A stretch of 64,000 bases of DNA from a virus. The first letter of the stretch is position 1. Each line of letters begins with the position of its first letter. The notes below the pieces were generated by a model, which did no database searches, had not been told where the DNA came from, and was given only the letters and a program-made list of their open reading frames with translations. Of this stretch, positions 9,659-17,930 are shown one piece after another. The position numbers were made by a program, and so were the translations under genes. The DNA is taken from the IMG/VR virus record IMGVR_UViG_3300016657_000126, positions 88,885 through 152,884 of that record. The stretch is one strand, 5' to 3'.

Positions 9659-11564
9659 TGATGAGAGTTTCGAGCTCTTGCTCGGTCATTATCTTGGTCC
9701 CTTTTTTCTCCGCGTCGCGCAGCTTCGTCGCGCCTGGCTCGATGCCGACGACAAGGTGGGTGACTTTTTTAGTTACCGAATCCTTGGTCATCGCACCGAG
9801 ATTCTCGAGCCGCGCCAGGTAGGCCGGGCGGTCCATCGACACACCACCAGTAACGCAGATCACCATGCCGGCGAGTGGTTGTGGTCCCTTCGACTCTTCC
9901 GCTTTCAAGCAGCCGAGGCGTTCCAGTCGGTCGAGTTGCAGGCGCAGCTGTGGTAGGTTGGCGATCCACCCGTCGATGAGCGCAGGCCCGAGAATAGCCG
10001 TCAGCAGGGGAATCGGCAGCTGCGTCACCGAACGCCAGCTGCCGCCAGCGTGCGCCAAGTCACGCGAGCGAGTGCGCCCAACCCCGGCAGGCGCGAGCGC
10101 GTTGATGAAGCGCCAGAGCGGCTGCTTCTTCACCTCTTCGCGTGATCGGAAGAAGCGAGCGCGGTCGCCGTCGCCCAGCTTGGCGGACGGATCGAGCTCA
10201 AAGTAGTCGGCGACCTCGCGAAAGTCCGGAAGCAGGGTGCGGATGAGCGCCTCGCCGGCGCCATCCCAGTCGAGGCTGTCCGGTCCGAGCGCGTAAAGCA
10301 GCTGCGCAACCAACACATCCTCGCATGCGGATGGGTTGGCCAGCCGATGAGCTGCCTCACCCTCCGTTCGGGTGATCATGTGCGCGCGGCCCTTGGAGTC
10401 GAAGAACAGCGCAGGCATGCGCCACGGTCCGCTGGGGTGTGGCGAGACCACCCGGTCCACGTGGGGAATCACCTCGCCTGCGCGGATGACCATGACTTCG
10501 GATCCGATGTTCACGCCTAGACGAACTACCTCATTCTCGTTGAATAGCGTGGCCGACGTCACGACCACACCACCAACTGAAACAGGCGCGAGCTTTGCCA
10601 CAGGCGTGATCACACCCGAGCGCCCAACCTGGAGGTCGATCGCCAGGACCGTCGTGCGCGCGGGCTTCGGCGGAAATTTGAACGCCACCGCCCAGTTGGG
10701 ATGGTTGTCGTTGGAGCCCCAGCGCACACGGTCCTCCGCGAAAAGCGCCTTCACCACGACACCGTCTTGGTCGAACTCAGCGGCGTCCATGTCCGACTGA
10801 AACTTGCCGAGAATCTCCACGAGTGCGTCCAGCTCCACACGGCTTAGCAGCACCAGCTGACGAAATACATTGGAGGTGTTCCGCGGGAAGTGTCGCACGA
10901 AATCATAGTCCGTCAGCCCGGCACGGAAGTTCTCGTGGGGCACGCAGCTGAAGGCTACGAACTCCACGCCCCGCTGCCTGGCCGCCTCCGGGTTGTTCGT
11001 GGCGAACGCACCGGCCGCCGCATTCCTGCAGTTGGCGAATTCCTTCTCGCCTGCGGTAACGCGCTCTCGGTTGCAGGCGGCGAGCGCGGCGCGCGATATC
11101 GCCAGCTCGCCACGCACCTCACCCGTGAACGGCACCGGAAGCGATTGGAGCGCCGACGGGAGTTTGGTAACCGGCACCGTGATGTCAGAACCGATGGTCC
11201 CGTCGCCGCGCCCGAAGGCGGAGCTCAACTGTCCCTTGTTATACAGCAGGCTTCCCGACATACCATCGAGCTTGGCCTCAATGACGATCGGCATGAAGTT
11301 TCGCTTCTGCCACCAGGCCCATAATTCCGCCGCCACCGTGTGCTTGGCCAGCGACAGCATGGGCGTCGGAAGTTTGACGGCGTCCTTGTCCGTCGCCGCG
11401 CCTACGGGACGAGTTTCACCCAGCTCTTCCTTCAGCCTGTCGTATTCGGCATCCGACGCTATCGGCGTCCCGTTGTAGTAGGCGTCCTCGAGGCGGCGGA
11501 GTTGCGCGCGCCGCTCTTCGCGCTGTTCTGGTGTGAGTGTCACTGTATGAGAAATTCGCAGCAT
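9630..11564 (-). CDS. ligA: NAD-dependent DNA ligase
   Basis: YYNG.P..SDAEYD, PMLSL, EAKLDG, RGDG..G.D.T, EVRGE, DGVVVK, AVAFKF, QVGRSG.ITPVA, RAGEVIP and a C-terminal BRCT. Start reassigned to MLRISH because of the overlap with the upstream ORF. Confidence 0.95.
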   Translation of the reverse strand: MLRISHTVTLTPEQREERRAQLRRLEDAYYNGTPIASDAEYDRLKEELGETRPVGAATDKDAVKLPTPMLSLAKHTVAAELWAWWQKRNFMPIVIEAKLDGMSGSLLYNKGQLSSAFGRGDGTIGSDITVPVTKLPSALQSLPVPFTGEVRGELAISRAALAACNRERVTAGEKEFANCRNAAAGAFATNNPEAARQRGVEFVAFSCVPHENFRAGLTDYDFVRHFPRNTSNVFRQLVLLSRVELDALVEILGKFQSDMDAAEFDQDGVVVKALFAEDRVRWGSNDNHPNWAVAFKFPPKPARTTVLAIDLQVGRSGVITPVAKLAPVSVGGVVVTSATLFNENEVVRLGVNIGSEVMVIRAGEVIPHVDRVVSPHPSGPWRMPALFFDSKGRAHMITRTEGEAAHRLANPSACEDVLVAQLLYALGPDSLDWDGAGEALIRTLLPDFREVADYFELDPSAKLGDGDRARFFRSREEVKKQPLWRFINALAPAGVGRTRSRDLAHAGGSWRSVTQLPIPLLTAILGPALIDGWIANLPQLRLQLDRLERLGCLKAEESKGPQPLAGMVICVTGGVSMDRPAYLARLENLGAMTKDSVTKKVTHLVVGIEPGATKLRDAEKKGTKIMTEQELETLINANSNSGNP

Positions 11565-11848
11565 GCGTAATCGCTGCGCTGAACTATTAGCTGTCCGGGA
11601 AGAAGGCGGGATTTCGCGCCGAACCGAAATGGTGCGTCGTGAATCCCGCAGATCTCCAGCGCCGCTCTTAGATGCGGAGCGGCTCCTCGATGCGCGTCGA
11701 ACCACAGTTCCCAGAACGTCGAGGCGCCTGGAAGCGTGTCGATCAGCGCCTGTGCGAAGGCCGCTCTCTGCACGTCGGTAAAGCTGCCCTGGAGCTGCTC
11801 CGCCCACCACCGCGCCGCCCGTTCCACTTCTTCTTTCTTCAAAGCCAT
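11540..11848 (-). CDS. Hypothetical protein
   Basis: 102 aa ORF (AARWWAEQL...) tiling between genes. Confidence 0.65.
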   Translation of the reverse strand: MALKKEEVERAARWWAEQLQGSFTDVQRAAFAQALIDTLPGASTFWELWFDAHRGAAPHLRAALEICGIHDAPFRFGAKSRLLPGQLIVQRSDYACCEFLIQ

Positions 11849-11860
11849 AGGGTGGCTATT

Positions 11861-12631
11861 TCACACCGAGGTAGCGGGCTGGTCAAACAAGGTGCCGATG
11901 GCCGCGGCGCCGCGCTGGCGGTCATGCGCTTCGTCCTCGGCATAGTCGGGAAGGGCGGCGATCCACAGCGCGAAGTATGGCTTGTATTCACCGTCGAACA
12001 TCATCTTTCCGTAGCCGCCGTGCGTGATCTCGCGCCCATCGCGCAGCATCCAACTCTTACCCGGAAAAAAGTTTTTCCTGTCGCCGGCACAGAGAAGCTG
12101 GACGCGCCCGCTCTGCTCGGGAAATTGCGCCGCCGGTAAACGGAGCACCTTTTTGCCGACTTTGAGCGTGAGCCCTACGACAGGAAGCGAGGCGCCGGGA
12201 GAAGAGAACGCGGGAAGCAATTTCTTCAGCTCCGTGGCATCGGCAGCGCACGGCGTCTCCGCGACCAAGTCCCAGTCGCCAGCCTCAGGAATCCGCGGGT
12301 CGATGAAGGCATCGCACAGGGACGTTACGTCGCCGGCGGGGATCTCTGCGAAGTTAACCAGCGCGCGCTGCTGTGACGGGAGGTCACCGACGATCTGGCG
12401 CTCACGAAGCTTGGACGGGTCGCCCAATGTTGTCCCTGCTCCCGCGAGAAACACCGTAGGCTTTCGAGACTCTCCGAGGTAGGCGTTCTCGCCGAACACC
12501 ACGTGGGTCGGGCGTGGGGTGCGCTTGTTTATCAGATCCGCGAGCTTGCGCTGCGCGTAAGGTTCCAGCTGTTTCAGGACAGCCTCAAATGCCACTACGG
12601 GCAGGGGAGCGGAGGCGGGGGAGGAAGGCAT
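11861..12631 (-). CDS. Hypothetical protein
   Basis: Long ORF; start set at the ATG of MPSSPAS. Confidence 0.7.
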   Translation of the reverse strand: MPSSPASAPLPVVAFEAVLKQLEPYAQRKLADLINKRTPRPTHVVFGENAYLGESRKPTVFLAGAGTTLGDPSKLRERQIVGDLPSQQRALVNFAEIPAGDVTSLCDAFIDPRIPEAGDWDLVAETPCAADATELKKLLPAFSSPGASLPVVGLTLKVGKKVLRLPAAQFPEQSGRVQLLCAGDRKNFFPGKSWMLRDGREITHGGYGKMMFDGEYKPYFALWIAALPDYAEDEAHDRQRGAAAIGTLFDQPATSV

Positions 12632-12864
12632 TCTTCGGATTCTTGGGACACGGTTAAAAGTCCGTGACGCGCCAGGCGCGCCACACATCCGCCGGCGACC
12701 TGCGCCGACATGCCTTTTTCAGTCAGCCGCTCCCGATATTCGGAGGCGGTCCGACCTTGAGGGCAGTGTTGCAGAATCTCCCAAGCGCGCCGCGTTATCC
12801 GCGGCAACGACTCAGGCATGTCCAGCAACGTCTGCGCCCCTACAGGAGGACAGAATTTTTGCAT
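12595..12864 (-). CDS. Small hypothetical protein, possible winged-helix
   Basis: Pattern AWEIL...GRTASEY...VARLARHGLL. Confidence 0.45.
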   Translation of the reverse strand: MQKFCPPVGAQTLLDMPESLPRITRRAWEILQHCPQGRTASEYRERLTEKGMSAQVAGGCVARLARHGLLTVSQESEECLPPPPPLPCP

Positions 12865-13307
12865 AGGCCGCGCGGCCAGAAAACCAGAGGGTTCTCGCGG
12901 CTGCCGCCATAGATGGTCTTTTCGTTTTCGGGGAGGATCTTGTCCTCCTCAAATTTCTGAGTGCGGGCCAACACCAGCGCGTAGTCGATGTCGGTGATGC
13001 GCTCCGCCGAAGCGTTGGTCGACGCTTTCGGGAACAGGTCCCAGGGTCCGAAGTCGGGGCGCATGTGGCGCTCCCAAAGCAGCATGGCCTTGGAGGCCGC
13101 AGCGCCCGGGTTGATCGCGCGGGCGAACATCACCACGCGCGTGGGCTTCTGGCAGTTCTCCGCCACCGCATCCGGATAGTAGGCGAACTCGACGCGCCAA
13201 GGAATGAAGTCCTTGCTATTCGCCTCGATAGCGTCCTTGGCGTTGGTGAGCGCCAGCTTATTACCATGGCGCCGTGTGTGCTTCTTACCTCGAGCGAGAA
13301 TGTTCAT
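12840..13307 (-). CDS. Hypothetical protein
   Basis: 155 aa ORF with ATGA overlap with the RRM gene. Confidence 0.7.
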   Translation of the reverse strand: MNILARGKKHTRRHGNKLALTNAKDAIEANSKDFIPWRVEFAYYPDAVAENCQKPTRVVMFARAINPGAAASKAMLLWERHMRPDFGPWDLFPKASTNASAERITDIDYALVLARTQKFEEDKILPENEKTIYGGSRENPLVFWPRGLCKNSVLL

Positions 13308-13588
13308 TTCTGGGGTCCGGCGGGTTTCGGCATGGCTTCGCGGACAAGCAAACGCTTACGTCCGTGAGGCCCGTCCGAGAGATTGAGCAAAAGCGCCTGC
13401 TCGAAAGCCTCGCGTCCGAGGATCGTGATGAACGCGAATCCGCCGCTCTTCTGACCCTCCTCGCGCGGCTTCGAGAGATGCTGGACCTCGACCTGCACAC
13501 CCTTGCTCAAGAAGAACGCTTTGATGTCTTCCTGCGACGTGGCGAAGGAAAGGTTACCAAGGTAGATTCTGTGAACTTGGGGGCGCAT
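13304..13588 (-). CDS. RRM (RNP-1) RNA-binding protein
   Basis: RNP2 IYLGNL, RNP1-like SGGFAFIT, RLLVREA. Confidence 0.88.
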   Translation of the reverse strand: MRPQVHRIYLGNLSFATSQEDIKAFFLSKGVQVEVQHLSKPREEGQKSGGFAFITILGREAFEQALLLNLSDGPHGRKRLLVREAMPKPAGPQK

Positions 13589-13620
13589 GGAAGGTCGAGG
13601 TCCTGGGTTTAACCGACTAC

Positions 13621-14025
13621 TTAGACGGCGGGGGCGGGCGGCATGCCGATGCCGGCACCGGCCTTGCCGCGGGACTTGCGCGCGGGCTTCTCGCCGGCGG
13701 CCTTGGCGGCGCGCTTGGCGCGGGGGGCCTTGGGAGCGGAGGCGGTATCGCCGGCGGCGTCGGCCTTGCGGCGGCGACCGGCGCCGCGCTTTTTCTTGGC
13801 GCGGAGGGCCACGGCGAGCGACAGCGCGAAGCTGAGGAGCTCCTCGGCCGGGACGGCGGTGAGGCTCGGCGTGAGGGGCACGTTGGCCTTGATGTGCTCG
13901 AGCTTGGAGGAAACTTCGGCACGAAGATCCTGTTCTTGGATATACGCCTTAACGTCGGCGCGGGAGTTGAAGTCCTTGCCGTCGAAGGTGAAGATGCGAC
14001 GGGAGGCGATTTTGGGAGCGGGCAT
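13621..14025 (-). CDS. Basic Lys/Ala/Arg-rich, histone-tail-like nucleic-acid-binding protein
   Basis: C-terminal KKKRGAGRRRK...KAPRAKRAAKAAGEKPARKSRGK. Confidence 0.65.
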   Translation of the reverse strand: MPAPKIASRRIFTFDGKDFNSRADVKAYIQEQDLRAEVSSKLEHIKANVPLTPSLTAVPAEELLSFALSLAVALRAKKKRGAGRRRKADAAGDTASAPKAPRAKRAAKAAGEKPARKSRGKAGAGIGMPPAPAV

Positions 14026-14062
14026 GATGGTGGATGGTGGGTTGATGTTGATGTTGGATCTA

Positions 14063-14677
14063 TCAAGCGAGGTAGCGCTTGAAAAATTCGGAGGCGGGTT
14101 GCCAGGGTTGTCCGTCGGAAATCACCACGGCGTCGCCGTGGGTGCGCGCGAGCTCGAGCGCGTCGCCGACTGTGCGCGCGTCCTGCGGGCCGGCAGGCGC
14201 TTTTTCCACGCCCTTGATATAGGCGTAGACCTTGCTTCGAGCCTTGCCCTTGGGGAGCTTTTCCGGAAGCGGATGCGCGGTAGGCGGGGCAGGCGGCGCC
14301 GGCGGCGGAACCGGCGCGGGAGCTGCGGCAGGAGGCGCCTCCGGAGAAACGGTCTTGGCGGGCGGCGCGGGGTCCTGCGCGGCAGGGGCGGCGGCGACCT
14401 GTGGAGCAGGCGTGACGGCGACCTGCGGTGCGGGCGCTGGGGACGCGGCTACCGGGACGATGGACTTCGCGCCGACTTCGGTGGGAGACGGAGCCATGCG
14501 AAGATATTCATGGTTCACCGGCAAATCCTGCGGGACCGGATCGGCGAGATCCGCGATGGAGACGACGACCTGGAGACCGTTATCGAGATGCGCGATAACA
14601 TGCGAACGGCGCTCTCCCAAAAATGCACTGACCGTAAGCGGCGTGCCGACTGCGGCAGTCTTAGTCTTGAACGACAT
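14063..14677 (-). CDS. Two-domain protein with Pro/Ala linker and C-terminal GYF_2-like domain
   Basis: PAPA-rich linker. The C-terminal VYAY.KG...TVGDALELART..DAVV.SDGQPW matches a segment of the 35310-37445 protein. Confidence 0.65.
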   Translation of the reverse strand: MSFKTKTAAVGTPLTVSAFLGERRSHVIAHLDNGLQVVVSIADLADPVPQDLPVNHEYLRMAPSPTEVGAKSIVPVAASPAPAPQVAVTPAPQVAAAPAAQDPAPPAKTVSPEAPPAAAPAPVPPPAPPAPPTAHPLPEKLPKGKARSKVYAYIKGVEKAPAGPQDARTVGDALELARTHGDAVVISDGQPWQPASEFFKRYLA

Positions 14678-14963
14678 GAGAAGTAGAAGAATGAAATGAC
14701 GACTTTTGAATCAGATTAACGAAGAACCAAAACCACAAGATATTTCTGGCGTTCTCGCGATCCGCGTTAGAACGAAATCGCGCCAAGAAATTCGGTTCGT
14801 TACTCAACAACCAGCGCCAGGCTTTTCCTGTCGCTACATCCGCTCCCACCTCAGGAGCATCGTTTGTTTCCGTCACCAACTGCTGCGCGCATGCGAGCGC
14901 CGCGCCAAATAAAAAGACCGGAGGTTCGAACCCCCGGTCTTGTGAAGAGCTATCGCTCGGCAT
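14661..14963 (-). CDS. Hypothetical protein
   Basis: The ORF fills a gap, but its 5' end overlaps a terminator-like hairpin. Confidence 0.4.
   Translation of the reverse strand: MPSDSSSQDRGFEPPVFLFGAALACAQQLVTETNDAPEVGADVATGKAWRWLLSNEPNFLARFRSNADRENARNILWFWFFVNLIQKSSFHSSTSHVVQD
14911..14941 (-). terminator. Intrinsic terminator
   Basis: Minus strand AAGACCGGGGGTTCGAACCTCCGGTC followed by TTTTTATTT, right after the 14963 stop. Confidence 0.75.
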
Positions 14964-15304
14964 TACTCGCCGGTGATCTTGAGATAAGCGTTGAGCGCCG
15001 CGGCGTCGATGGGAGCGCCGGTGACGTTGGTCGCGTAGAAGCGCGCCGTTCCATTGGTCAACACCGATACGCCGGACGGGATGAGTCCGCTGGGAAGCGC
15101 GACGCGGTAGGTGGCCGCGACACAGTCGGTGGTCTTGACGCCTGAGACCGCGACATCGACGAAGCCGGTGGCGGCTGCGGCGATGGACGGAAAGTTGACA
15201 GACACCGCGACGACGCGGGTCTTGATGACGCCCGTGAGAGAGCGGAACTTAACGATCTCGGCAGGGAGACCGCGCTGAATGGCAAGAAGGATGGAACGGA
15301 GCAT
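14963..15304 (-). CDS. Small beta-rich putative virion structural (decoration/fibre-like) protein
   Basis: NFPSIAAA...VAVSGV..TD.V...LPSGL...V..NGT...N.TGAPIDAA pattern seen in small phage structural proteins; has its own terminator. Confidence 0.55.
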   Translation of the reverse strand: MLRSILLAIQRGLPAEIVKFRSLTGVIKTRVVAVSVNFPSIAAAATGFVDVAVSGVKTTDCVAATYRVALPSGLIPSGVSVLTNGTARFYATNVTGAPIDAAALNAYLKITGE

Positions 15305-15521
15305 GGGAGTATGACGGTTGGTGTTTGGTGCTGGCGGAGTGCCAGAACCAAATCCTGCGCCGAAGCATGCGAGCTCGCAACGGTGCGCAAACTCGCTGTT
15401 TCATCACAACAATTTTACGAACAGAGAAATTTCGAGTATCGCAAGCTGTTCATTATCAGTAGCGAAAAATGATAACCTGTAAACGCTACTGTAAATTATA
15501 GCTTTCAAAATGCGTGAAGTG

Positions 15522-15839
15522 TTAGCTCGATTCCTTCAACGACCACACCAGGTATCCGACCACCCACAGGTGCATCAGGTCACTGCGCGCGATGGCGCAG
15601 CCCCACATGAGCGCGACACTCAGCACGCGCATCAGCTGAAACGTCTGCGAGAAAACCCATCCGCGCTCTAGCGCCGGATCCAGCAGCTTAGACCAGCACA
15701 GCACCGCCACGCACGCGCAGGTGGCGACACGTGAAGACGAGACGCCGACCACGAGACTGAGCACCGTGATCAGCGCGAAAGCGAAGTAGGCTGTGGACCA
15801 GATGATGAACCAACGCTGGTCAGCAGTAGAACGGCGCAT
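15522..15839 (-). CDS. Small multi-pass membrane protein
   Basis: Three to four hydrophobic segments in 105 aa. Confidence 0.6.
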   Translation of the reverse strand: MRRSTADQRWFIIWSTAYFAFALITVLSLVVGVSSSRVATCACVAVLCWSKLLDPALERGWVFSQTFQLMRVLSVALMWGCAIARSDLMHLWVVGYLVWSLKESS

Positions 15840-16233
15840 CAGGCCTGTCTCTGAACTGATTCAGCTTTCTCAACACTTCCGTGCGCGCCATTTCGCGCCG
15901 CAATTTCTCACTCTGCACAACGTGGTCCTCGCTCTCCATCTGCTCGGCAATAAGCCTATCCAGAGAGTAGAGCACGGCGGACGACGCGCGATCGGACGCG
16001 GGCGGGGTCCAGATAACGAGCCCTTCTACGGCCGCGTTCATGCCCGGAATCATCGGCAAAGCGCCGCGCCGGACAGAGGCCCAGAAAGCCGCTATCCGCA
16101 CGCTGGGGCCGCTGGCCACAACGGCCAGAGATCCGCTCAGAAAAGCAGCGACCTGCTCAACGCTTTCGAGGCGCTGGCAGGTCGCTAGCCCATCAGGAGC
16201 GAACGGGTTCAGGAAGGCGCTCCGAATTTGCAT
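15820..16233 (-). CDS. Hypothetical protein
   Basis: 137 aa ORF tiling with its neighbours. Confidence 0.6.
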   Translation of the reverse strand: MQIRSAFLNPFAPDGLATCQRLESVEQVAAFLSGSLAVVASGPSVRIAAFWASVRRGALPMIPGMNAAVEGLVIWTPPASDRASSAVLYSLDRLIAEQMESEDHVVQSEKLRREMARTEVLRKLNQFRDRPDAPFYC

Positions 16234-17416
16234 GCGACAGCATTTTGAGTTCCTCCGCCAGGCTGCGGCAGAAAGCCGACGTAGAGCTGAAGCGGCGGCG
16301 GTAGCGCACCATCAGCTTGCGTGCATTGCGCCCACGCACTTCGCCCGGGTCGCCGGACAGCGAACGGATGAGCGAGAAAATGTCCAGGCACAGACCCGTC
16401 CACGCCTCGCGAGTCAGCGTGAGCTCCTCCTGTAGGGCCGTCGGCGTGGCGTTCGCTGTGTAGAACGCGTAGCGCTTGAACTGGCCGGCGAACTTACGGC
16501 AGGAGCCCTGAAGGAGCTTGGCGAAGCGAGCGACCTCGCGCGGACTCGTGAGGTCGAACTTCTGGACGGGGCAGCGCTCGGACGCCTCGATGACATCGGC
16601 GAACTCGGGCGCAGCGATCTGGAGAAGGACCGAATACCAGAAGAAGTCTCCGCCTTCCTCGAGGAGATTGACCGTGTTGATGTCGTCGCCGGACTCAAGC
16701 GCCTGAAGGATCTCGTCGACCTCAGTGATGACACCGACCAGCGCATGCATCATGCGCCCGAACTTTTCGGCGGAGTGGAATCCGATAACCTCACGAATCG
16801 GGGCTTCGGTGCGAAGCGCAAACGGCACATACTCCTCGCGCGCGAGCGTTGCCGGAATGACGCGCTTGACGGTGTCGCTCAGCGGAACGAGCTCCACCTT
16901 GGTGGAGGCGTCGATCTTGATCTGGAAGACGTGCGGATGCCCGTGGTCCAGGAAGCGGTGCGTAATGAGCTGCTTCACCGACATCTCACCGTCGCAGGTT
17001 GGCGTCAGTGCCTTCTTCTGCACCTGGCGGATGGCGCGGATGTAGACGAACTCGGCGGTCTCGGGCTTCGCGCCTTCGCGCAGGAAGATGTGCGCAGACT
17101 GCGGTCCTTCGACCAGCGCCTGGATGTAGACGGGCCCGCGATTGACGCCGGGTTTCTGGCCGGACCACTTCTCGAGCAAAGCCGCGCGCGGCTCGACCCA
17201 TCCTTCGGGGATTTCGGAGCACGCGCGAAGGGCGTCGGCCGCCTCCGCCTCGCGTTTGCGGAGATCCTCCAGCGTCTCGCGCTCGAGGATGAGATCAAAT
17301 ACTTCGTTCGGGCTTTCGGAGCTACGATACTCGGGAAGGCGAATTTCCAGACCCTTGGCGAGATGCTCGGCGATGGTCAGAGCTAGGGCGAACGCGGGAG
17401 AGACAAGTTGAGACAT
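16193..17416 (-). CDS. Protein with C-terminal MazG-like NTP pyrophosphohydrolase domain
   Basis: HALVGVITEVDEIL, NLLEEGGDFFWY, NARKLMVRY..RFS; start at MSQLVS. Confidence 0.75.
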   Translation of the reverse strand: MSQLVSPAFALALTIAEHLAKGLEIRLPEYRSSESPNEVFDLILERETLEDLRKREAEAADALRACSEIPEGWVEPRAALLEKWSGQKPGVNRGPVYIQALVEGPQSAHIFLREGAKPETAEFVYIRAIRQVQKKALTPTCDGEMSVKQLITHRFLDHGHPHVFQIKIDASTKVELVPLSDTVKRVIPATLAREEYVPFALRTEAPIREVIGFHSAEKFGRMMHALVGVITEVDEILQALESGDDINTVNLLEEGGDFFWYSVLLQIAAPEFADVIEASERCPVQKFDLTSPREVARFAKLLQGSCRKFAGQFKRYAFYTANATPTALQEELTLTREAWTGLCLDIFSLIRSLSGDPGEVRGRNARKLMVRYRRRFSSTSAFCRSLAEELKMLSHANSERLPEPVRS

Positions 17417-17930
17417 GAGTGTTGATGAGGTTGATGAGTTTAGATTGATCGAACTTCCGGAACACCTCGATGAGAGGAGCCCCATGCACATGCTGAAAAA
17501 TCTTCTTCTTCAGCTTGAAGTGCTGCGTGCGACATCCCTTGAAATCCAGAATCAGAAAATCCGCCAGAGGCATCCCGACCGGAACGGGGTCGGGTAAATT
17601 GTGAACGCCGACTCCAACGACGAAGTCGGACTTGTAGCGCATCTCCTGCTGCGTGTATTGCCCGGAGAATGGGTCGTTAATTTCTACACGCGGGAGAATG
17701 TCGAATGTAAGCTGCAGCCGGAATAGGTCGGGGGACACGTGGCGCATCAGCCAGTCGTAGAGGCGGGCTTCCCCGACCGAGGCGAATATGATGTCGCCGC
17801 GCGTGCGCCGCGCGGGATCCTTGCTGACCCCGAACTTTGAGCGCGACGTAGAAAGGCCCAGCTCGGCAGCGCGGGCTGGGCCAATGGCAGCGGCTAGTTG
17901 TTTTGCGCTGATACGACTAGAGCGAGGCAT
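17322..17930 (-). CDS. PD-(D/E)xK nuclease, DUF1064-like
   Basis: SKFG, FASVGEARLY, Q..F.I, YKSDFVV, ILDFKG, FKLKKK. Confidence 0.75.
   Translation of the reverse strand: MPRSSRISAKQLAAAIGPARAAELGLSTSRSKFGVSKDPARRTRGDIIFASVGEARLYDWLMRHVSPDLFRLQLTFDILPRVEINDPFSGQYTQQEMRYKSDFVVGVGVHNLPDPVPVGMPLADFLILDFKGCRTQHFKLKKKIFQHVHGAPLIEVFRKFDQSKLINLINTHVSTCLSRVRPSSDHRRASRQGSGNSPSRVS

Noticed and set aside
14916-14940. tRNA-like GGTTCGAACCC
   Set aside because: It is the loop of a terminator hairpin. No acceptor, D or anticodon arms surround it.
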